Source: the human T2T-CHM13v2.0 reference genome, Homo sapiens. From it: a DNA stretch of 64,000 nt. The stretch lies in NCBI RefSeq assembly GCF_009914755.1, contig NC_060926.1; one strand, given 5' to 3'. The notes under the pieces are model-generated. The model did not search any database. It saw nothing but the letters and a program-made list of their open reading frames with translations, and was not told where the DNA came from. Positions 27,384 through 39,545 of the stretch are shown here, piece after piece (the stretch's first letter is position 1; each line of letters starts with the position of its first letter). The translations under genes and the position numbers were made by a program.

Positions 27384-27549
27384 CAGGGCCAACTTTCTAT
27401 GCACATGACCTAAGGGTTCCATGCTTATAAGAGGCCCATGCTTGGTTTAATCCTCTACTGTCATCATCTTGAAGTCCTTAACATTTTTAGAACAAGGTCT
27501 AGACATTTTCATTATACACTGGGCCCCAGAAGTTATGTACTCAGTCCTA
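27384..27549 (+). mobile_element. MER53 (hAT) DNA transposon
   Basis: cagggccaacttt...gcttggtttaatcctctactgtc...cactgggcccc...cagtccta; 8-bp TSD-like aattcaag/gattcatg. Confidence 0.8.
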
Positions 27550-28993
27550 GATTCATGAATTTGATGATATTACGCCATGATTTTTCATATGTCTGTCAAC
27601 TATTTCATAGTATGTAGATCTCTGTTACTGGGACTTCAGGTTTGTTCCTTAATCCAGTGGATCCCTTCAACTGAACAGTACCTAAAATCGTCCTGCCAGC
27701 AAATACACCTCTGACACCATTCTCCTAACTGTATTACCATCTGTTATCTCATTGAAACACCACTTCTGTAGCCTGTTTATCTGGTCATTTAAATATTGTT
27801 CTGGGTGCATATTTTTAAGTTCACTTTGTGTATTTATAATTAGAACATTACTTTTTTAATAGATGAACTCTCTGAGAGAACCCATGTTTCCTGATTCTTT
27901 GAGAAGTGTTTCATATGTTACCTACATGTAAATAAAATAAGTATTAAGTTTGAAATTTACATGAGAGTGGGATTGTCAGAGCCAACTGGATGATAGAACA
28001 GAACCAAAACCATTTTGGTAGGATAGAGAAATGTGGTTAGAAAGCAAGCAGTCATCAGGGTGATAAACCAGCTGAATCCTGGCAAATATGCTGTTCAAGA
28101 AATGATGAAAAGAGGACTTTGGTGAGAGTCAAAGACGCATGCTCACAGACACATTTTTATTTTTAACCTGTCACTGTCACTGGTCAGATCCTTTCTAGAG
28201 TTTTTAATCCTTGGTAATTTGAAGAACAAGGAGATAGTTTACAGGAATGCAACAAAGATGATTGATGACTGGATAGTGGGGGATTGTGGAAGAAAAGCTA
28301 AAATACATAAAATGTTATTTTTTCTGGGGAATAAAAAAAGTAACTAATGGAAGCTTAGAGTCTTTAAGCACATGAAAGTTTTTAAAATGAGTTTTGTGAG
28401 TAGATTTACCCCGTGCTAGTAATGGACATATTATATGAAATTTCAACATAAAGAATTTTCAGAAAATAATGATAGACACTTGGATTATGCAGTCATCGAA
28501 ATATTAAAATTTTATTTGTGCATATTTTTATTGTAATAGCTTTTATCCATCTGTATTTGTTTAGAATATGAATGTGTGATTTAAAAACCAAAGGCCCATC
28601 AATCAAAACACTTCCCACCTGCTCTCTCTTAAGGGACTATCAAAGTAGTAAATTAAATGAAACCAACATTGTTTTACTACTTGCCCATCATAAAATATTA
28701 CTGGTTCCAGGTGAGTGCCTATTTACAAGAGACCTTTGAAGATTTAATAGGGGTTTTAAGTGAATGGAATACCATGTAATGAAAAATTTTACATCATAAA
28801 CAAAATTGAAAGGTAAACTGGCAAAAAATAAATTTGCAAAAATAAAAGACAACTTCAGTATACTTAAAATAAAAAGTACTTATACATGTTAATAAGAAAC
28901 ACTAAAAACAAAGTGAAAAAGAAGGGCAAAGAGTATGAACAGACACTTTACTGAAGAAGTAAAAATAGCTCATAAAAATATTGTCAATATCAC

Positions 28994-29287
28994 GGTCAGG
29001 CGCGGTGGCTCACGCCTGTAATCCCAGCACTTCAGGAGGCCGAGGCAGGCGGATCATGAGGTCAGGAGATGGAGACCATCCTGGCTAACATGGTGAAACC
29101 CACCTCTACTAAAAATACAAAAAATTAGCCGGGTGTGGTGATGGGCGCTTGTAGTCCCAGCTACTCAAGAGGCTGATGCAGGAGAATGGCGTGAACCCAG
29201 GAGGTGGAGCTTGCAGTGAGCTGAGATCTTGCTACTGCACTCCAACCTGGGCGACAGTGCGAGACTCAGTCTCAAAAAAAAAAAAAA
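28994..29287 (+). mobile_element. AluY-like, full length
   Basis: gaccatcctggctaac, gagaatggcgtgaacc, gagcttgcagtgag; TSD gtcaatatcac (28983) / gtcaatgtcac (29370). Confidence 0.95.
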
Positions 29288-29288
29288 G

Positions 29289-29369
29289 GTATATATATAT
29301 ATGTGTGTATATATGTATATATGTATATATACGTATATATAGAGAGAGAGAGGGAGAGAGAGAGACAGA
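29289..29369. repeat. (TA)n(GA)n compound microsatellite in the Alu tail
   Basis: Lies between the Alu poly(A) and the 3' TSD. Confidence 0.92.
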
Positions 29370-29687
29370 GTCAATGTCACTAGTAATAATTGAAGTTTAA
29401 ACAGCATATAATTTTATAGGCAAAATTAGTAATTATTAGAAATAACACTTAGCATTGGGACTATGCAGAGACAACCTACACTTTCGTATGTCTGGAATGG
29501 GAGAATGCTACAACATTTACAAGATGGCTGAATATAATGTGAAATGTTATTCAACCATATGAATTTTCTTTATTTGTCTTTATGGATTACAATTAGGGAA
29601 AGTTGCTCATAAGAAAAATAGTAATTGAAAATATCAGAAACAAAATTGTGTGTTATGCATTGTGAATTGACATATATATGTTAACAT

Positions 29688-29731
<44 letters not shown>
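29688..29731. repeat. (CA)n(GA)n microsatellite
   Basis: acacacacagagagaga... Confidence 0.95.
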
Positions 29732-29733
<2 letters not shown>

Positions 29734-31893
29734 CTGGAGGGAAAGCACCAGAGTTTAATTCTTTTGAAGTTTTGTTCACTTTTTTCTCTCTGTAACACAC
29801 AAACACACTACAGACACAATTTGCTGGAGGGATCTGGGGGAGTTATATCATCATATCTTGCCCCTACACTTTTCTTTTTGAACTTGGAAACTATAAACAC
29901 CAAAAGTGGTAAAGTACAAAAGTGGCCATTAGGTCTGGGAGTATTAGATTGAGGACTGGCTTTGGAAACCCAGTATTGCCAATGGTCACAGCAACCTAGA
30001 TTTTTGGGTCCAGTCCTAATTTCAAAACTTGTGTTCCGTTATTTGCCGTAATAATTATGCTCAACGTATTTCACTTTTTGATTTAGAAACAAGTCATAGT
30101 TTTATGTGCTTATATTTTAGGTGCTTTTGGAAGGCCTTTTGTGCTAAATTTATAAATCTAAAACTAACTCGCAAAGACTGTCTATGATTAGAGACAAGAC
30201 CCAGAAAGTCAACTGTTCCCAGAAAAGAGGTGCCACACCACTTATGACAGTGAGGAGGGAGCGAGGACCCCAGCCTTCTTGTCTTCGGGCCCCAGTTAGC
30301 GAGGCATCATTCTATGTTGGTTTAATACACCCACAATCATAATTACAAATCTTGACATTTAGATGCTCCCAAAGTCAGCACCCATCCCAGCAGGGTTAGC
30401 CATATTATCACTAGTTAAGGAGATATAGAGCAATTAGAAGCTAAAGGAAAAGGTTAGCACTTCCACTCAGACAGAAGGAGTTCAGCAGCTAAACCCACCT
30501 GTAGTTGCAGTGTTAATTTTTTTAAATATGGGCTTTGAAGCCTTGTCATCCATGACAAGGGAGGTCTGAGTCTAAATGGAATATTTAAGAGAAGTGCTTC
30601 CTCATCCTCCAATCAGGCTATATGCTGACCTTTCTGTAGCCTCCACCAGTTGCTCAGCTGTCATGAAATGCTGGAGAAGGTAGAACATCATTGGACCTGT
30701 CATGAGGTCAATCAGCGGGAGCTCAGGCCAATTTGCTAAACGTGTTCATGCTAAAGAGTCAGTTCCCTAACCAGTCTGGTGAAATGTAGTACCAATTAAT
30801 CACCAGCTAATTTTCAGGGGATTGTGACCTTCTCCATATTTGCAGTCCACTCGCTACCTTACCTGGCCTTGGGGGATCTCTGGCCTGGAATATGAGGCCA
30901 CCCCCAGGACATATGAAGCTGTCAAAACTTGTGTTATAGGCTACCAGGGTGACAGGCCAGGAGACAGGTATGCCCATTGCACCTGCTCCGGCCAGCACTG
31001 ACCTATTTTAGTCAGAACATTCAGTGTGGTTTGCAAACCCTAAAGATATTCATACAGCTCAAGTATATGCAAAATCCATCACTTTGAAATTTTTAATGAT
31101 ATAGTAAGATACTGTTTTTTCTATCAACCTATCAGTTCTTTATTTGTCTTTAGAAGGTGGTGGCTTTGTCACCATTCTCTGCAGAGGTTTATTATCTGAG
31201 AGCTGTTGGGTTGTCTTAAAAGCAGAAAGGTTCCTTTTTTTTATTTTACAAAATAGGCTGCTCTATTTGTAGCCAAGTCTCATAAATTAGAATACTTGTC
31301 AAAATAAATGAATAGTATGTTTGTTATATTCATGACTTAAAATCACATTTGATTGCTTACTCATTAATCCACAAAATTAAGCAATACATGCTGGATTGCA
31401 GTCATTAGTACAAATAAGCAGCGTTCTTCTAACAGTCAGCCATCGTAGAGAATACTGTACAGTTGTGTTTGTTTCAAAACTAGGTCTGTTAATGCACAAA
31501 TTAGTTTTACAATTTCAAAATAATTCCTCTGGAAGAAAATCAAATACATATATGTAGTCCACCAGGAGACAAGGTTGGAATCATAATATACTAAGTAGAT
31601 TTTAGATGTGTAAATTGTTAAATGCAATTTTGCATTGAACCTCAAGGATGGATGGAAGCTATTTTGCTGTGCATAGGAACGTATGTGGCATGAAGGTGAC
31701 CTTTATCCCTAACAGGATGGAAAAGTCAGGAGTAGGGAGATGGTGTCCACACCAAAGTGAAGATATCCATATGGCAGAGGCTTTGTTCTCTTGCTTGGAT
31801 ATAGCAGAAAATGTAGATCATTCATTTACCTAAGGAATTTTTTCCCATGTGCCAAGAAACATACTTGCAGCTTGGAATATAAAGTCAGTTGTA

Positions 31894-32043
31894 CTTCAGT
31901 TTTTTTCATCTGTAAAATGGGAATAACAGTGGATTTATCATAGGATTTCTTATGAGTATGAAATAAAATAATACATTTCAGCACTTAATACAGTGCCTAG
32001 CACATAGTAAGGGCTATATAAGTATTTGATAAATATTTTTATT
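31894..32043 (+). mobile_element. MIR SINE (3' half)
   Basis: cttcagtttttttcatctgtaaaatgggaataac...cagtgcctagcacatagtaag. Confidence 0.85.
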
Positions 32044-32159
32044 GATGTGACCCATAGTTTTAAGTAGCTTACTGTTGACATATAGGTAGGGACAAGTATA
32101 CCAAGGACCCTCGTGCTATGTGACAAGTGATGATACAGTCATGGATATAGCACTGTGGG

Positions 32160-32345
32160 ACACTGGAGGGCCTGGTGCAGATAATTATGGCAGACTTAAA
32201 CTTTATTTCAAAAGTTTGACAATGTATGATGAAGAACTTGAAGCTGGGCCAAGACCACACCCAGATCTGTTTGCTGGAAAGACCACTTTGGCAATAGTGT
32301 TATGGTTAAATGTCAGGAGGCCAGATTGGAAGTCAGAAGCAAACC
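32160..32345 (-). mobile_element. L2 fragment
   Basis: cagatctgtttgctggaaagaccactttggcaatagtg...ccagattggaagtcagaa. Confidence 0.6.
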
Positions 32346-32779
32346 CAGGCCCTTGCCATGCTCTTTGGGCTTATTTAATTGTTGGAGAATGATCTTTGCA
32401 GAAATAAACCAACCTTAGGTTCCAATAAGTTATTGCCTTCAAGGATTTATTGATATACCTATGGATGGTGGTGGCAGCATTATGCTTTGGCTGAGAGATT
32501 GCCAAGGAGTATGTTTCTGAGACGATTCTATCTTTGCTTTGGCTAGAGAGAAGAAGTTGTAGGGAAGGAGGGAAAATGAAATGGAGCTAGTTAAATAATA
32601 TTGAATATGGATGTTACAATATTGTAAATGTATGTAGTGCTTTATACTTTAGAAATATTTTCCATATACTATTTTATGTCTTCTAGTGTTGGATATACTT
32701 GCTTCAAATAGAATATTCTTTAAAAAAAGCAGGTAAGATGTGTGTAATTTAGTTAAGATTAACTTGAAGAAAAACTACT

Positions 32780-32813
<34 letters not shown>

Positions 32814-32814
32814 T
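32780..32814. repeat. (TG)n microsatellite
   Basis: Directly visible. Confidence 0.97.
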
Positions 32815-35216
32815 CCACACATTTTAAATATCCCAGCTTGTTTTGTGTCTCCATTTCCTCCCAAGATAGTCAAAGCCCTTGAGATTGGAAAAAATTAGTC
32901 TATGTAGCTAGTGATACATTGGGCAAATGGCAAGTGAGGCCACCTAGTAGATTGGGATCATCTTTGAGAATCTTCCAGACAGTTTAACTCAAGTTTTTTA
33001 TTTCCACCTTTGCATGTGTCTGGTTTTTTAAATTATGCGCAATTCATGGGAAGCAAGAATGTTATTGACAAGGCAGGTATATAGAGTTTTTAAACTTTCT
33101 GAAAATTTGTGTTATTCTGTGATGCTTGAAACTTCTCCCTGCTTTTGTTCTGGCTTGCTTTTTCCATAGTTAATCCCTAGATATCTCTAGGAGAAGGGCT
33201 TCATGGATGCCACTTGACCTCCATGGCACCCTTTGCCCTACCACTGCTAGAGATGGTGAAGGGCACAGAGACAAGGGCTCCTCAGGCCTCCCCTTTGTGT
33301 ATTAGATGTGAGTCGTGAATGTTGTTTAATGAATCATGAGTGATTGTCCCTAAAAGTAAATAATACAGCAGACACAAATTCAAAATTCTCTCCAACTTGT
33401 CAAGGGATAACATATCATCTTTGAAATTTTAATTCAAGTCAGAGAAAAAAATGTGATTCAATATAAGATGGGTTTAATGTGTATCTGGCTTCTTTAGGAA
33501 CATACTACATAATTTCAAAGAAATAAATGTATATTTGGCTGAAATATGGGTGGTTATTTAATAGGGCATATTTTTGTTATTATGGGATAATTCAAGCAGA
33601 TGCATCTTTAAAAAGTGATAAGGATAAATAGGGTTTTCAGTACAGTTGAATAAGTCATGTTATTTTCTTCAGAATAATGCTTAAAGCTGTAAAGTTTTTA
33701 AAGGTTCCTGTTCTGAATTTTCAGTTTGGGGAGGAAATGAAAATAGGTTTATCTCATTTACTGACTGTCAGTTGAACTTTATGAGAATCAGAGCTGTTAT
33801 GTCCCTGCTTTGAGGATGCTGGAGCTGATGCTTGCCTCTGATGAAGATGCTAATGTGAGCCTGCTAATTTTTAAAATCCGGATTAAATGCTTTTAGCTAG
33901 CTGTCAAAATCCTGGGAAGGAAGAGAACGTACTTTGAAACCTTTGTTTAAAGTAGCATAAAAATTAGCTCACATAGCCAATTGTTATTTAGTTACAAGCA
34001 GATGCACACATACATTTAAATGAAATTCTGCAGTTTCACTCCCTTCCCAAAGGTGATAATGTGATTTTCTCTACTTGTGAAATTGTTGTAATTTCACAGT
34101 CTTACTTAGATTTAATTGTGTTTATTAAGATTTGAGACAAACGATTCCAATTTTATTTTATAGGATACTGGGTTTTTTTTTGTCTTTTAATTTAACTTGA
34201 TAGTTGGTAACACAGAATATGTAGGAAACAGTAAAAAATATCAATACATTGTTTAGTTCAACAGTTTAACCCAAAGAACTCAATGTGGCAAATAAGCCTT
34301 TCTTAGTAAGTAGTACATTAGTTCACTTGACATGTAATTAAAATAGAGCCACATATTTCTCAGTGTAATCACTAATAAAAATGCCATTATAAATACAGTT
34401 GATTTTACTCTGTAGCATTTGGATGATTCTTTTTTATTTTCTACATAGGCTAAAGATAATAGCATCAGATTATAAAAATTCAGGCTATAAAAATGACAGA
34501 ATGCTACAGGTTGGCAACAGAATAAACCACACCATGAATATTGAGAGACTCTGCAATAAATGTACTTCATGGCATTTATTGTTAAAATATTTACTTGTCG
34601 GCATAGAAGTTGAAGGCATTGGTATATTGCTTCAAGTTATGGTTGGCAAAGACCAGACAGCACAAACCATGTACTGCTAGGCAGAAGAGTGATAGAGTAC
34701 TGTATTGTCTAAGGGTTGTGTGTTCTTGTATGATGAAGAACAAGAATAAAGGAAAAACAGAAATTACCTATTGGTTGTGTTTGATCTTGGTACTTTTTGT
34801 GTTCCTCTGTCAGTCCTGTGATGAAGAGATTAAAGAGAAACAACAAAGTGAAAGCAAAATACGGATAAACAAGTCAAGTGGGACTCAGTCTGGAAGCCAG
34901 AGAAGGATAGCTATGGTAGGAAAAGAAATTAAATTTAACCTTTCATTGTGTGCCAGCCTCTATGCTCAGCATTTGGGCATGTTAGGGATATTATCAAGGA
35001 AGTTAGTATTCTACCCTATTCCTTCTCACCCCCAAAAACACTCACATGTTCACACACACTTTTACTAGTGATATTGATCATAATAACCTTAGTGTTTTAG
35101 GATAAAAACAGATCTGAGTCCTGGAAGGGATACTGATGGAGTGAAATTGCAGAGTACATGGCTCTTTTTATCAGATCTGTTATTCAGGGTCATGGATGTT
35201 GTAAATTATCCAAAGT

Positions 35217-35873
35217 TCTTTTTTATTGTTTTTAAATTTTGCTTTAAGTTCTGGGATACATGTGCAGAACGTGCAGGTTTGTTACTTAGGTATACATGTG
35301 CCATGGCGGTTTGCTATACCTATCAACCCATCATCTAGGCTTTTACCTCTGCATGCATTAGGTGTTTGTCGTGATGCTCTCCCTCCCCTTTCCCGCCACT
35401 CCCCCGACAGGCCCTGGTGTGTGATGTTCCCCTCACTGTGTCCATGTGTTCCCATTATTCAGCTGCCACTTATGAGTGAGAACATGCGGTGTTTGGTTTT
35501 CTGTTCCTGTGTTAGTTTGGTAAGGATGATGATTTCCAGCTTCATCTACATCTCTGCAAAGGACATGAACTCATTCTTTTTTATGGCTGCACAGTATTCC
35601 ATTGTGTATATGTGCCACATTTTCTTTATCCAGTCTATCATTGAAGGGCATTTGGGTTGATTCCAAGTCTTTGCTATTGTAAATAGTGCTGCAATAAACA
35701 TGCATCTTCATGTGTCTTTATAGTAGAATGATTTATATTCCTTTGGGTATGTACCCAGTAATGGCATTGCTGGGTCAAATGGTATTTCTGGTTCTAGATC
35801 CTTGAGGAATTGCCACACTGTCTTCCACAATGGTAGAACTAATTTACACTCCCACCAACAGTGTAAAAGTGTT
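35217..35873 (-). mobile_element. 5'-truncated L1PA7-like element (3' UTR and ORF2 end)
   Basis: ttaagttctgggatacatgtgcagaacgtgcagg...atgagtgagaacatgcggtgtttgg...cccaccaacagtgtaaaagt. Confidence 0.93.
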
Positions 35874-36924
35874 TGTTTGTTGTTCTTGTTGACTTTCCTT
35901 TTCTTTTTATCTTTACAAGGTAAAGGAATGAGAAAAATATGGAATGAGTTTCTAAAATAAGGTTTATGGATATCACTTTTTTTCTAGGAGAATCCTAGTT
36001 TCAGATGTTCCTTTCAGATCGCCCCTGGGAACATAGGAGTGAATGCATACAGTTAATGAAGCTAGTGCCTAATCTTTAAATTGGGAACACCAGTCAGCCC
36101 TGGCAATTAATATCTACATATTGAAAATAATTCACACATACCACGTTAATGTATTTATTTCCATGTGTTTTCCTAACTCCTGTTTAGAAGGTAGATATGT
36201 TCCTGTGAACCTCTTTCTCTCAAACAGGGTTACCCAAATCATGAGATAAACATTTCACTTTCCTGATGCCTTAATCATGCAATCTTTTCATATTGAAAAG
36301 AAGTACAGAAAGCTGTTAGGGTCTAAAATGTGAAATTTTCACGACTTTGAAAATAAAGCTGGACACATCACTGTTGAGCTTATGACGTGCCTCTTCAGGC
36401 TGCATCTCCACTTGCTGTGAAGTTTTATTCACATTTGTCCTTAAGCTACTTTAAGGGACACTTTTAAAAAGCTTTACAATAGATAAATCAAAGTGGTGTA
36501 TTGGCAGATAGCTGGGTGAGGGAGTGCCTGGGACAGACTGCGAACTCCACCACCTCTCCATTCAGCCTGCATCCTGCTTCATCCAGTGACCAAATGGGCT
36601 GACTCCCCGTTTTGAAAGTGAGCCTGAAAAGGAAAGAGAAGATAGATAATCTCCAGTTTTGGAGTATGATGTGGCAGAAGCAATTTCCCCCAGTGTTGAA
36701 TAAAAAAGGAGGAATTTATCGGCCATAATTTCCAAAGCCAAACCAACAATAATGATGATGATGATACCTAGAGCATCTTAAGATTAAATATGGATCATTT
36801 ATACACATTCATTTAATTTTTTAAAAAAATATTTGAATGTTTATTCTAAAAACATGTGAAAAATCTAGGTGTCTTTTGTTGTTGTGTTAGGTTTTAGTAT
36901 CTGTTTGCCTCATATTTCACTAAT

Positions 36925-38550
36925 TTTTTTCAGCAAATTTACATTGAGCACCTATGATGGCATATTCACTCTTCGAGCCAATGGGGATACACAATCAATA
37001 ACAAACTCAGGGTTCTCATGGAGCTTACATTCTAGTGAGGTGCGGAGACAGGCAATAAAATAAGAAGAGCTGTGATGCTGACAGGATGATACACATGGTA
37101 TAAAATAAAACAAAGGCGGAGAATACAGAGAGTAATGAAGATGCTGCAATTTAGTGTAGCCAGAGAAAGGCTGGCATTTGATTAAAGATCTGAAAGATCG
37201 AGGAAGAAGCCTTGCAGGTGCCTGGTGGAAGACTGTTTCTGGCAGAGAGAACAGCAAGTGCAAAGACCCTGAGGCAGGTACAAAGACAATAGTGCAGCTG
37301 GATGGAGTCCTGAGAACAAGGGGCGGGATCAGCAGAACACGACGTCAGAAATGGAACAGGAGCAAGTGACCTTCTGGGCCATTGCAGAGACTTAGGCTTT
37401 TCTTCAAGTGAGGTGGGAAAGTATTAAAGGAGTCTCATCAGAGGAGACAGGTGATCCAATTCATGCTAGCAAGGTCAGTCTGGCTGCTGTGTTGCGCGCA
37501 GGGGAAAGAGGCAGTGGGTAGAAACAAGGGAACTAGTCAGGGGGCTGTTAAGAAACACATGGTAGCTGGGTCCAAAGTGGTGACACTGGAGGTGGTGAGA
37601 AGTGGTCAAATAGAGTGTATGGGAGACAGAGCAAGAGGGGAGAGAAAGAGAGTTGAAGGATTGCTACAAGGTGTTTGGCCTGAGCAACTTAGAAGGATGA
37701 ATTGCCATTAATTGGGATGTAAAGAGCTATGGAAAGAGCTTTGAAAGGTCACTTTTTCCATTTTTGACATGTTAGATTAGGAAATGAGCCTGGAGTTATA
37801 GAAGGTCTGGGTTGCACCACTTAAAATTTTGAATTTATCAGCCGATAGAGTTATATTAACCCATGAAACAGATGATATCACTAAACAAATTTAGACATAT
37901 GCTCTTCAACATTTTTAGAGACTAAATGTGGAAGATGACGAAGAAAAACCAAAAGAAAACTTGATGGGGGCCCAGAGAAATAAGGGTATACCAAGAGACT
38001 GGTGCCCTGGAATCCAAGTGCAGAAAGTACTTTGAGAAGGCAGTAATCACCTGTGTCCTGAAGTAAAGCCAGAGAAGCACCTTTGGATTTAGGAATCTAG
38101 AGATTATTTTTGACCTTGATAAGAGCAGTTTCAGTGGAGTTGAGGGGTGAGAGCCTGACTAGAGTGGCTTCATTAAAGAATGGGAGGAGAGATACTGGAA
38201 ACTGCTGTGTAGACAGCACTTTCAAATTTTTGCTTTAGAGGGGAGGCAAAAAATGGGGTGGGACCTGTGGTAAGTGGATCCTGAGAAGGTCATTGGTTTG
38301 TTTGATGGGAGAACTTCTAGCATATTCATAGACTGACCTTCCTGTGTCTATCTGGGGATTAGATGCTTAAATACTGACAGAGATCTTGTGGGAACAGGAG
38401 TTTTGACTGGAAGTAAAGATTGTGTAAACAGATCATTTTGGATTATGGGGTCTCCTGGAAATGCCAGCACTGCAGTAGGTGGCATGAGGACACTGGCATC
38501 ATAGAAGGAGACTGGAGGGCAGACCAGAAGGAGAGAGAAGGCAGCAGAGG
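36925..38550 (-). mobile_element. Long L2 (L2a-like) remnant
   Basis: ctcatggagcttacattctagt...cagcaagtgcaaagaccctgaggcagg...tgaccttgataagagcagtttcagtggag. Confidence 0.85.
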
Positions 38551-39394
38551 AGGAATCATCCAATCCAACATTGCCTGTTTGTATTGTGTAGGGTGTGGGT
38601 TACTGCAGCCCCTGAGGTGTCAGTGGAAGTTCTTCTGCATGCCATACAAGTTTACTCTAAGCGAAACCTTAACACAAAAGCTTTTTAAATAGAATTCCTT
38701 CTTTCATGTTCAGCGCATCTCTGTGGGAAAGATAACTTTGAATGGGTTTAAAGGCAAGGAGGGAAGGCCATTTCCATGCACTAGATTCTTTAAAAACCAG
38801 CATGCATTCTGTTGAGGGACTAGAACAGTGGTTTATGTTAATTAATGAGTCTCTGTAACACTGTCTTCTGGGGAGTCTGCTACCGAGGAATGTAGGTGTT
38901 CAGATGACTGAAGTAATTTAGTTAACAAGGACCTGCAACATATGATTTAAACCAGTTATCAATGTTGAAACAAGCATTAAGTCTGTGTATATTGTAGATG
39001 TTGAGATGAAGACTGGATGCAGAGTCTCTGTTCAGCAAGCAACCATGGGAGCCATGACAGGTCAGGAGCTGGTCCTCTTCTTCCCAGGAGTACAGACTTT
39101 TTCATCCATTCACCATAACTAGGTGCTAATTGGGAAACAGTCTAAGCAATTGATTTTAATCAAAGAGCTTATGAGATTTGGGGAGCATCAGGTCTTACTA
39201 TTATCATCTTCAAGAAAAGTTACGTTTTGCCTGTGTCTCCAAAAAGTGGAATTCACATTCTTTAGGGTATAACACGCTAATGGACAAATTACAGACAGTA
39301 GACAGTCTTCATTGTAGCCTCTCTTTTTACAGCTTTCTTTTTGGAAAACAGCTACAGTATAGGAAAATACTTTCTCTGGATTGAAAATTAAAAA

Positions 39395-39545
39395 GACTAG
39401 ATTCCACTACCAGCTACCATTTAGTCAGTGACCTTGGGAAACAAAACTTCGGAGCTACTCTGTTCTACCATTTGATAAATAGGTATAATATTCTTACTGC
39501 ATACACTGTATTCTTATGTGGATAAAATGTATGGAAAACAGCAAA
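39395..39545 (+). mobile_element. MIR fragment
   Basis: ccagctaccatttagtcagtgaccttggga...taaataggtataata. Confidence 0.55.

Larger units (their letters stand above)
28778..29520 (+). mobile_element. Old L1M(E) fragment interrupted by AluY
   Basis: gggcaaagagtatgaacagacactttactgaagaag...tcactagtaat, typical of the L1M ORF2 3' region. Confidence 0.7.

Noticed and set aside
32120-32392. ORF with DIALWDTGG...DNYGRL resembling the Rho-GTPase LWDTAGQEDYDRL motif
   Set aside because: No P-loop or other GTPase motifs, spacing is wrong, and the DNA reads as an antisense L2 remnant; judged a coincidence (tblastn with RHOA would settle it)
34610-35068. 152-aa ORF, and similar ORFs at 42592 and 43269
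   Set aside because: No recognisable domain, mostly non-ATG starts, no convincing splice boundaries; expected by chance or L2-derived
35226-35660. 144-aa ORF
   Set aside because: Antisense reading of an L1PA 3' UTR
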